Source: Chiloscyllium plagiosum
Taxonomy: Eukaryota
NCBI RefSeq assembly: GCF_004010195.1
Contig: NC_057713.1
Location: 6,721,718 to 6,785,717 of the forward strand
Direction of reading: 5' to 3'
DNA: 64,000 nucleotides
This document shows positions 39,110-49,871 of this stretch, piece after piece. The first letter of the stretch is position 1. Each line of letters begins with the position of its first letter. The notes under the pieces were generated by a model. It worked only from the letters and a program-made list of their open reading frames with translations, was not told where the DNA came from and searched no databases. The translations under genes were made by a program, and so were the position numbers.

Positions 39110-40765
39110 CTTGCCTTTTTCCTGTCTTGCCTTTCTAAATGGAAATGGTCATGGGTTTGGAAGGTGCTGTCTAAGGATATTTGGTGAATTTGTGCAAAGT
39201 ATCTTGTTGCTACTGCTGCTGCTACTGGGAGGAGTGGATATTTGTCAATGTAGTGTCAATCAAGTGGGTTGTTTTGTCCTGGATGGTGTTGAGCTTCTTG
39301 AGTGTTGCTGGAGCTGCTCCCATCCATGCAAGTGGGGAGTATTCCATCACACTCCTGACTTGTGTGTTGTAGATGATGCACAGGCTTTGGGGAGTCAGGA
39401 GGTGCTTGTGGATCCCTAGTCTTTGAATAGTGCTGAACATCCTCACATCTGAGCTTATGATGGAGGGAAGATCATTGATGAAGCAGCTAAAGATGGTTAG
39501 TCCTGGGACAGTACTTGAGGTACAGCAGCAATGTCCTGGAGTGAGATGACTGACCTCCAATGAACACAACCATCTTCCTACTTACCAGGAATAAATCCAA
39601 CCAACAGAGTTTTCCTGATTCCGTTTAATTCCAGTTTTACTGGAGCTTCTTGATGCCACAGTCGGTCGAATGCCCAAGCAAAATCAGAGTCAATGGGAAT
39701 TGAGAGCACACTCTCTGATGGTTGGAGTCATACCTGGCGCACAGGAAGATGGTCGTGGTTGTTGGAGATCAGTCATCTCAGCTCCAGGACATCTCTGCAG
39801 GAGTTCCTCAGGATAGTTTCCTTGATTCAACCATCTTCAGCTGCTTCATTAATGATCTTCCCTCCAGCGTAAAGTCAGAAGTGGAATGTTTCCATATGGT
39901 TGCCCAATGTTCAAATAATTTGTCATTCATCAGACACGGAGGCAGTACATGTTTAAATGCAGCAAGATCTGAACAATATCCAGGCTTGGGCTGACAAGTA
40001 GCAAGTAACATTCGCACCACACAAACGCCAGACAATGGCATCGCCAATAAGAGACAATTCAACCAACACCCCTTGATACTCAATAATGTTACCATTATCG
40101 AATCTCCCACTATCAACTTCCTGGGGGTGATCATTGACCAGAAACTCAACTGGACTCACCATATAAACACAGTGTCTACAAGATTGGAGGTTAAGAATAC
40201 TGTGGCGAGAAACTCACCTCCTGACTCCCCAAAGCCCATCCACTATCTGCAAGGCACAAAACAGGAGTGTGATGGAATACTCTCCACTTGCCCTTGATGG
40301 GTGCAGCTCCAACAACAGTCAAAAAGCTTGACAACATTCAGGGCAAAACAGACCGTTTGGTTGGCACCACATCCATAAACATCCATTCTGGCAACCACCA
40401 ATAGCAGTAGTGTGCACGATCTACAAGATGCAATATGGAAATTCACCAAAGATCCTCAGACAGCACCTTCCAAATTCACAACCACTTCCATCTACAAGGT
40501 CGAGGGCAGCAGATACATGGGAACACCACCCCCTGCAAGTTCCCCTCCAATTCACTCACCATTGTGCCTTGGACATATATCACTGTTTACTTCAGTGTCA
40601 CTGGGTCAAAATCCTGGAATTCCTTCCCCGGAGTAATGTGTGTCTACCCACAGCACATGGACTGTGGTGATTTAAGAAGACAGCTCACCACCACCTTCTC
40701 AAAGGGATGGGCAATAAATGCTGGCCCAGCCAGCAAAGCACACATTCCACAAGTGAACAAAAAAA
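39110..40765. mobile_element. Two head-to-head fragments of a CR1/L2-clade LINE (minus about 39110-39660, plus about 39680-40765)
   Basis: Both encode IFSCFINDLPS and (V/C)MEYSPLA; the plus copy ends in gggatgggcaataaatgctgg...aaaa. Confidence 0.75.
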
Positions 40766-41750
40766 GCTATAATATCTTTAGGGATCAATTCTAACACCTT
40801 CTCCAGGACAGATGTCAAATTAGCTGATCCATAGTTTCCTATACACAATTGTGTGTTGGTGTTTGAATACACATGATTACCATCATATTCCAGTGCTTGG
40901 TATAGCAGAATGTTTACAGCCACAACTATGAACCTAGGGCCCTTTACATTCTAAAAGAGCTAGAGTCATGCTGAAGAAAACCTTTTGTCCCCTTACACAT
41001 ACCTGTCCTGATAATCCCCTGCCCCTTTAATGATTGTGGCTACTTGCTGAGTTTCCAAAGGCAATAGATAAACTTCTAAAAAGAGAGAGACTCTCATCAA
41101 ACATGGAGCTCACCCACAATGTCCACATGAGGTTTCATTAGCACAATTCACAATCACTGGATTTAACTTTTCTCTTTACAATCTGCCTTGGGGTGTGGTG
41201 AGAGGTGCCTGGGCCAGCAATCATTACTCATCCCTCATCACTCCTTGAGGAGGTGATGGTGAGCTGCCTCCTTGAACCCCTGCCGTCACTGTGCTGTAGT
41301 GGCAGTGGATACAGAATCTTTAAATATTTTAAAGGAGGAGATAGACAGATTCCCATTTGGCCAATGCGATGAAGGATTATTGGGGGATATGCAGTAACGT
41401 AGAGTTGAGGTTAAAAGCAGATCAGCCATGTTCCTATTGAATGGTGGAGCAGGCCCAAAGGGCTGAATGGCCTGCACTTGTCCCTTGTTCTTATGTTTGT
41501 ATATTTCCAAGTCAGGACAGTGAGTGAGGCTCAGACAGGAACTTGCTCCCTCGTGAGATCAGTCCACTTTCCATACTGTTACAGCCATGTGTGTCTCCCT
41601 GGAATTCACTTTGGGCAGTATGAGAATCTAAGCCTGTTAGCGTTGATACAAAAACAACAACCTACATTCATCTAGTGCCTTTCATTATAATGAACCATCC
41701 CAAGGTGCCTGACAGGAGTGTTATTAAACAAAGTATGTCACTCAGTCAGA

Positions 41751-42004
41751 TGAGGAGATTATTAAGGGAGAAAGTGAGGACTGCAGATGCTGGAGATCAG
41801 AGCTGAAAAATGTGTTGCTGGAAAAGCGCAGCAGGTTAGGCAGCATCAAAGGAGCAGGAGAATCGACGTTTCGAGCATAAGCCCTTCTTCAGAATTCCTG
41901 AAGAAGGGCTTATGCCCGAAACGTCGATTCTCCTGTTCCTTTGATGCTGCCTAACCTGCTGCGCTTTTCCAGCAACACATTTTTCAGCTGAGGAGATTAT
42001 TAAG
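41751..42004. mobile_element. Penelope-derived fold-back element (family A), 16-bp TSD
   Basis: About 95-bp arms around 41893. TSD tgaggagattattaag at 41751-41766 and 41989-42004. Confidence 0.9.
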
Positions 42005-43219
42005 TCAGGTGAAAAGAAACATGGCCAGAGAAATTTTGAGAAATGTCTTAAAAGGAAACGGGAAGGTTGGGAGTAAGATCCAGAGATTGGGCCTGAAGGG
42101 ATAGCTGCCAATGGCCAAAAGGTTGAAAAACAATGTGGTCACCGTGCCATGGGAAGCATGGCTGATTCTGTGAACATTGAAAGCACTCCAGGTGACATTT
42201 AGATTCAAATCTGAAAGCTATATGTTTCAGGAATTTCCCCATCGGCCTGACTGACATCTGTGCTTTGGCATTGGCACTGTCTCGTGAATGCATGGATGGA
42301 TTTGGCAAGTTACCTTCCCTTCCAACAATGTTATCTCCCTGTGTTTGTTTCAGGCTGGTGTAATTAGGGACTTGGAATGCTGACTCATATTTGCTGACAG
42401 GTCCCACAGGTAACACAGGCCTGCAGTTTGCCAGCACCACACTTTGTACTTTCGTTATATGACACTTGCTTTTGATGTTGGCCCTCTCAGGCATTCAGGG
42501 ACGGACAGCATCACAGGCCTATACCTGTACACTACCAATATCCACAAAATTAATTAGAGAAGAAAAAAGCGCAGATGCTGGAATCTGATGTAAACAAGCA
42601 GGAGGCTGGAAGAACACAGCAAGCCAGGCAGCATCAGGAGGTGGAGAAGTAGACGCTTTGGGTATAATCTAAAATAGGAGGGGTGTGGAGTTGCAATCTT
42701 GAATCTCTACAGTCCACATGCTGTAGGTACACCTTTTAGAGAGGGGCGTTCAGGATTTGAACCTAGCAACACTGAAGGAAGTTGGGCAGAATTTGCTCTC
42801 AAACATAACAGTGAGGTGAATGATTGCTATTTAAGCACCAGCTTTACAACAGGTTTAGGCCAGAGTCAGATGTGTGACATAACACAGAAATCCTAATGTT
42901 GTCATGTGAGGAAAATGGCATCTCTGTAACTGCCTTACCTTTGTCCCATGATCCTAATCCACTAGCTACCTGACAAAGGAGCGGTGCTCCAAATGCTAGT
43001 GCTTCCAATTAAACCTGGGGTTGTGTGATTTTTAACTTTGTCCACCCCAGTTCAACATTGGCACCTCCACATCATGGTCACATTTGGAATGCACTGAACA
43101 GTGTGAAGGTCTTGTATTTGTGTTAGGGTCCAACTAAATTCATCACTGAAAGTTTAATCACGTCATTGTGGGGCCAAGTTTGGCCACTCAAATGGGGGTG
43201 GGTTCTTAATATTTGAAAA

Positions 43220-43567
43220 TTGGAATCACAGAGTCATACAGCATGCAAGCAGGCCCTTCAGCCCAACCAGTGGCCCATGCCAACCAGGCTTCCTAAGCTG
43301 AACTCGCTCTATTTGCCAGCACTTGGCCCATGTCCCTCTCAACCTTTCCTATTCATGCACCTGCCCCAGATGCGTTTTAAATGCTGTAATTGTATCCATT
43401 TCTATCACTTCCTCTGGCAGCTCATTCCATACAAGCACCACCCTCTGCATGAAAAGGTTGCCCCTTCGGTCCCTTTTAAATCTTTTCCCTCTCACCTTAA
43501 ACCAATGCCCTCCAGTTCTGGACTCCCCTACCATGGGGAAAAGACCTTGGCTATTCACCCTATCAAC
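43220..43567 (-). mobile_element. CR1 3' fragment
   Basis: GLFPMVGESRTGGHWFKVRG...VWNELPEEV. Confidence 0.85.
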
Positions 43568-43744
43568 CCCCCCCCCCCACAAATGATTTCAGAAATCCCG
43601 GTAAGGACACCCTTCAGTATTTGATGATGCTCCAGTTCCAAAAAAACACTCAACCCCAATGATACTGCAGACCCATCCTCCAATTCCACTTTGGGTAGAG
43701 GTGGAGCGGGGAAACACTCGAGGTTGGGTAGACATTCTCTGCTC

Positions 43745-43780
43745 ATTCCTGAAGAAGGGCCTGTGCCCGAAACGTCGAAT
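43745..43780 (+). ncRNA. Minimal type-I hammerhead ribozyme-like motif in a Penelope family A terminal repeat
   Basis: ATTC-CTGAAGA-A-GGGC(CTGT)GCCC-GAAA-CG-TC-GAAT: stem I ATTC/GAAT, stem II GGGC/GCCC, palindromic stem III ACGT. Confidence 0.7.
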
Positions 43781-44299
43781 CTCCTGTTCCCTGGATGCTG
43801 CCTGACCTGCTGTGCTGTTCCAGCAATAAAGTTTCAACTTTGATCTCCAGCATCTGCAGACCTCACTTTCTCCGAGAGGTGGAGCGGGGAAAGGTCAAGC
43901 AATAAGCTCCCATTTGACAGATTGGTTATTGAATTATTATAATTAAGCTGTGTGACTCGATAAACCCGTTTTTCAGGTTTAACCTTGGTGGCTGCAGATG
44001 GCAGGGAAGGCCGTGTGGAATTGTTAATTGTTTTTCCAGCACTGCTTATGCTGAGCCAGAAAGGAGCAGGGGTGCTTTCCTTCCCAGTCCACCTCCTTGT
44101 CACCCCTGAGATCGAAAGCCCCCTCCCCAATCACAACTGTGAACAAACTACCCCTCCCCCTTCCAGAATTAGCACTCCCTTCGACCTCTGATCAAGAACT
44201 GGGCCAACCCCCAGGAATACTCCCACTATCCCAACATTAAGCTTTTCGCAGTGGTTTGTCCCTCCCCCGAGGAAGCCAAACTTTTTCTGATGTGGATAT

Positions 44300-44505
44300 A
44301 CCACTGTTGGACTGGGCAAAGTTCAAAATCACACGACGCCAGGTTATAGTCCAACAGGTTTATTTGGAAGCACTCGCTCCTTCGCTAGGTATATAATGGG
44401 GCAGGATCTGTGCAGGGAGGATCTGTGTCCTATTATCCTGCCCCACTATGATCCTTCCAAATAAACCTGTTGGACTATAACCTGGTGTTGTGTGATTTTT
44501 AACTT
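44300..44505. mobile_element. Penelope-family B fold-back
   Basis: ccaggttatagtccaacaggtttatttggaag ... cttccaaataaacctgttggactataacctgg inverted pair. A similar one at about 48820-49045 has a tatgattctgt duplication. Confidence 0.75.
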
Positions 44506-45149
44506 TTTCTGGGCAGAGGACGTGCAGTTTAACAAAACAAAAACAGCAGTCTGAGGAGAGGACAGAAAATCCCCAGGTCATCAGGAAACTCCTGAATTTT
44601 CTGGGACAAGACTCATTTCACAAAACCTGCCTCAGTGATGGTCAAAGTCTACTTGCCTGTGTCTCTCTATAAGTGTGTCATGGATTTATCCTGAGCCCCA
44701 GTGATGAAGGTTTGCTGTTCAGTAGCCCTAGCTTGTCCTGAAGCTTAGCACTCCTACTATGGATCATATGGGCTTTGTCATCAAGAATTAGTTGGTGACT
44801 CCCCATTCCTTGATCCTGAATCCAGGATGTCTGCTGGATCTAACACAGGAAGGTTGCTTTGAGTGGACCACAGATATTGAAGGTGAACAGTAGGATGCCT
44901 GAACACTCATACAAAAGCAAAACACTGTAGATGTTGGAGATTGGAAATATAGATCAGAAAGTGCTGGAGAAACTCAGCAGGTCTGTGGAGGGAAAAACAA
45001 AGTGAAACTTTTCAGTCCAGTATGACTTTTTCAGAACTGGCCAACATACCATTAGCCTTGCTGATAGATTGCTACACTTGTTTATTAGCCTTAAGGGACT
45101 AATTGACAAGGACACCCAGGTCACTTTGGACATCAATACCTTTCTATTT

Positions 45150-46390
45150 AATTTCAAAAATATGTGTAATTCATAAAAATATCTTTATATACATAGTCAC
45201 AATGCAGCTCGGTCTATACAGTAGCATATCAAGGAAACAAATAAACATTGGAGTTTGACTCTATCCAAACAAAAGACATGTCTTACTTGAATAGGACTAT
45301 AATTACATACATTTGAGGTAGTGGGATGGTCCAGTAGTTAAGCAGACCCCCATTAAACTTTGGCAGAAGGACCTCAGACAGTGGTCTTTCCCCTCTGTGC
45401 CATGGTGGCAGCTGCCCCAGGCTTTAGCGCATCCCTCAGCATGTAGTCCTGGACCTTGGAATGTGCCAATCTGCAACACTTGGTCAGGGTCAACTCCGTG
45501 TCTTGGGAAGACCAACAAATTTTGAGCAGACCAAAGAGCATCTTTCATGAGTTGATGGTTCTCCAAGTGCAGTTGATGTTTGTCTTGGTGTGTGTCCTGG
45601 GGAATAGAGTGTAGAGCACACAGTCCTGCCTCACAGAGCTGCTTGGATGAACCGCAACATAAACCACTGCATGTTTATAAAATCATGAGGGGCATGGATA
45701 GGGCAAATAGACAAGGTCTTTTCCCTGGGTTGGGAGAGTCCAGAACTAGAGGGCATAAGTTTAGGGTGAGGGGGAAAAGATTTAAAAGGGATCTAAGGTG
45801 CAACTTTTTCATGCAGAGGGTGGTGTGTGGATGGAGTGAGCTGCCAGAGGAAGTGGTGGAGGCTGGTACAATTACAGCATTTAAAGGGCATCTGGATGGG
45901 TATATGAACCAGAAGGGTTTAGAGGAATATGGGTCAAATGCTGGCAAATGGGACTAGATTAATTTAGGATATCTGGTTGGCATGGACAAGATGGACTGAA
46001 AGGTCTGTTTCGGTGTTATATAGCTCTATGACTCTATCCCCTGCAGACTTCCTTTGCAAAGGTACATTCAAGCAGGAGATGTGTGATAGTCCCTACACCC
46101 TCCCCCGCCCACCCCGCAACCACTTCAAGAGCAGCGTGCAGTGTCACAGATGGGGGACAAGGTGTGCATGAAGGATCTCACAGCCAGTGCCCTTCGCACC
46201 ACCAACCAAGTGATGTCTTAGTGCTTGTTGGAAAGTTATGGTGGTGAGGCATTCTGCCAAACAACTTTGACAGTCTGCCCAGGTGACATGATCCACTCTC
46301 TCCTTTACCCACAGAGTCCCAAGTGCTGACCACTTGCTTTGGTCATCAACGCTTTCCAATCTCCCATGGCTCAGAAAGTTCTCTATGCCT
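45150..46390 (-). mobile_element. Tx1/L1-clade LINE 3' fragment, interrupted by a CR1 tail (45673-46036, +)
   Basis: Minus-strand KDALWSAQNLLVF and AHSKVQDYMLRDALKLGAAA resemble the Tx1-type ORF2 C-terminus. Confidence 0.6.
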
Positions 46391-47159
46391 GCTTGTCTCA
46401 CCAAAGTGCTTAACCTCACACTTACCCACCTTATATTTCATCCGCCATGTTCCTGCAAACTCTCTCGGCCTGTCTGAATTCCCTTGAAATCCTGTTGCAT
46501 CCTCCTCTCAACTCAGTTCCCTACCTCGCTTGGCGTCATCTGCAAATTTGGAAACATTGCATCAGGTCTTCATGTCCAAATCATTAATGTAGATTGGAAA
46601 CAACCAGGGCCACAAACACGGACCCTTAAAGACTCATTTCTCCTTTCCTTCCTCTCTGCATTCTCACCATGAACCAACCCTAACAAACCTGAGGAGATTT
46701 AACAATCTCCAAACCTTAACTCTGGTTCTCTCTCTCTTCACAAATGTTGCCAGTTTCTCCAGCAATCTGTTTTTGTTTCAGATTTCCAGCACCCCAATAA
46801 TTTACCTTTTTACATATTCATCTCTCTGGCACAGAACTGTGGAGTCTAATTCTTTCGCGTTGTCATTATTTTTTAATCGTCTAATTACCGAACAAAGCAA
46901 AAACTTTTAAAATTAATGCTGTTTAAATTCACTTTCACATTTTCCATTCAATCTGCCCTTTTGTATCTGATTAGGGCCACAGTTTGCTGTTTATTTTTTC
47001 GCTCTCTCTTAAAAAGGCATCAATTTGAAGTGAAGATTTTTCACCATGAGACTCATTCTCACGACCCCTTTGGAAAGGTTCTGGTAGAAAACAGAGCGTA
47101 AGAGACTGAGTGTGAGAGGGAGCAGCCAGTCCCACCCTGCAGTGTACACAGCTGTTCGC

Positions 47160-47310
47160 ATGACCGAAAGTGAAAGTGTTTCTTTTAGCTCCGACTTTCC
47201 GGTAAAGGGCAGCAGTTACGAGGGGAATTAAGCGGTGTTGGGAATTCCCAGCTGATTCGGTGAAGTGGACACCGCACTGAGCTCCTGCAGTTTCACTCTG
47301 TCAGTTTCCA
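47160..47310 (+). promoter_or_regulatory. RNF125 proximal promoter with ISRE/IRF and NF-kB motifs
   Basis: GAAAGTGAAAGT at 47166-47177; GGGAATTCCC at 47240-47249; AGTTTCACTCT at 47289-47299; locally CpG-rich. Confidence 0.65.
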
Positions 47311-47411
47311 CGCTCCCTCTGGGACTCCAGCGTCTCCTGATGGCGCTCGGTTGGTAACCATCTGATTCTGATGGGGAGAGCCCACAGCGCACCTCAGAAA
47401 CCCTTGGACAG

Positions 47412-47497
47412 ATGGATTCGAAAGAAGCTGCGGATTTTGACTGCCCCATCTGCATGCAAACACTGCACAGACCAATCAGGACTCAGTGCCAACATGT
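47412..47497 (+). CDS. RNF125: RNF125-like E3 ligase exon 1 (N-terminal half of the RING)
   Basis: MDSKEAADFDCPICMQTLHRPIRTQCQH(V); donor GTAAGT at 47498, phase 2. The true start may lie further upstream (see findings). Confidence 0.85.
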
Positions 47498-49622
47498 GTA
47501 AGTAACGTTGGAACATTAAGGAAGCTTCTGAGAATGCTATTCTTTCCATTTCTGTAAAACTAGGTGTTCTCTACAACATTTATGAACAGGAAGGGTTTAG
47601 AGGGATATAGGCCAAGTGCTGGCAAATGGGACTAGATTGGGTTGGGATATCCAGTCGGACAAGTTGGACCGAAGGGTCTGTTTCTGTGCTGCAAGTCCCT
47701 ATGAAAGGTTTAAGTTGATGTTGGTCAAGCAGTAAAAGAGGAAAGGTTATAAGGTGCTCAAATAGCAGCTGCTCCAGTAAGAGCTGAAAATCTGAAATAG
47801 AAACAGAAAGCAACTCAACAAACCTACCAGTGTCTGTGGAACAAGGAACAGATAATGTTTTGAGTTCCATGACCCTTCTTCATTTATTATTAACTCTGTT
47901 TCTCTCTCCATCAATGTTGCCAAATCTGCTGAGTTTCTCCAGCATTCTCTGTTGTGTGGTATAGGAGACTAGGTCTCAGCTACAGTTCTGAATGCCATAT
48001 TGGAGGAGGCACAGGAATGTATTGGAGAGAGAGTGCGAGAGAGGTATACAGCAGTGGTTCCAGGAATGAGAAACTTCAGCTCTGAGGGTAGACTGGAGAA
48101 GTTTTGTTTGAGAGGAGAAGGCAGAGGGGAGATCGTGTCTGGACAAAGTGGATGAGGAGCAACTGTTCCTGCTTGTAAAATGATCAAGGAACAAAGTGCA
48201 CAAGTTTAAAAAGAAGCAAATGTGATGTGGGAGAAAATCTTTTCTGCCCAGTGGGTAGTCAGGGTTCAGAATGCACTGCCTGGAAATCTGGGTGGAGGCA
48301 GGTTCAATCGAGGCATTCAAGATGGGCATTGGATGGTTATTTAAGTAGGAGCAAAGTGCAGGGTTACGGGGACAAGGCAGGAGAATAGAATTGAATTGAA
48401 TTAATTGTCTTGTGTACCAAGGCACAGTGAAAAGCTTTGTCTTGCGAGCAATACAGCCAGATCACAGAGTTAAGTAGCATGGCTACGTAAATAAATAGCA
48501 TAGATAAGTAAATATCACTATTTTAATGCCACCACTTTGAAAGAATCAGTGCCTGCACAGTAGGCTGAATGGCCTCCTTTAGCACTGTAATAATTCTGTT
48601 AACAATAAAAGCAGAGAGGGAGGTAAAAAGGCTGTTCATTGGTGTTTGTAACAACGAGAGGCGATCTGATTTAACCAGAGGAGGTCGAGCCCCTGGAGGG
48701 AGTGTGACTGAGCACCTTAATGATTGACTTTTAGCTTTATTTCTTTATTTTCCTACTTAATACGCAGAACGCTGTAATGTTTAACTTTTAACTTTGTTCT
48801 TTCTTTCTACCTTGTTCTTATGATTCTGTGATGTGGAGGTGCCGGTGTTGGGGTAGGCAAGGTCAGAAGTCAGATGACACCAGGTTATAGTCTAATAGAT
48901 GTATTTGAGATCACAAGCGTCTGGGGCACTGCTGCTTTGCCTTCACTCTATCTGATGAAAGAGCAGCGCTCCGAAAGCTTGTGATTTCAAATAAACCCAT
49001 TGGACTATAATCTGGTATAGTGTGACTTCTGATTTATGATTCTGTACCTAGGAACCCGTACCTAAGATGGTCCCTTGTGTGGCGACATTATACACTTTCC
49101 ACTGTTCTCCCGTACTTGACAATAAAATCCAAATCTTAAAATATCTGAACAAAGATCTTGAAGGGACTTGGCAAGGTGGGTGTGAAAGGACATCTCCCCC
49201 TTGTGGCAGAGACTAGAACTAAAGGGGGACGAAGCTCTAATGCCTTTCCAGAGAGTGTGATGGAGGTAGGCACATTGAATATTTTTAAGGCTGAGGTAAA
49301 CAGTTTCTTGATTGACAAAGGAGTGAAAGGCCCTTGGGAGTTGGACAGGAAGGAACATGGAATCAAAGCCGCAATTAGACCAGGCATAATCTTATAAAAC
49401 GTAGGAAAGAGGCCATTCCTTCCAGTTCATTGTTGGAATGTTCCTCAACCAGATGTCTATGAACCAAATGTAAGGTGGTCCAACAAAGGAGCACCCGTAA
49501 CATGAGGGAGAACTCTCTTTAGCAGTGAGTGGTGAAGGTTTGGAATGCAATGCCTGAGAGTGTGGGGGAGGCAGACTCAATCATAACTTTAGAAAGAAGA
49601 CAATATTCTGACATGAGACAAC

Positions 49623-49871
49623 TTGCTGAACAACAGGTAAAAACAATGACTGCAGATGCTGGAAACCAGATTCTGGATTAGTGGTGCTGGAAATGCACAG
49701 CAGTTCACGCAGCATCCGAGGAGTAGTAAAATCGACGTTTCAAGCAAAAGCCCTTCATTAGGAATACCGATGAAGGGCTTTTGCCTGAAACGTCGATTTT
49801 ACTGCTCCTCGAATGCTGTCTGAACTGCCGTGCTTTTCCAGCACCACTAATCCAGATTGCTGAACAACAGG
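49623..49871. mobile_element. Penelope-derived fold-back element (family A variant), 15-bp TSD
   Basis: TSD ttgctgaacaacagg at 49623-49637 and 49857-49871; inverted arms around 49765. Confidence 0.88.
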
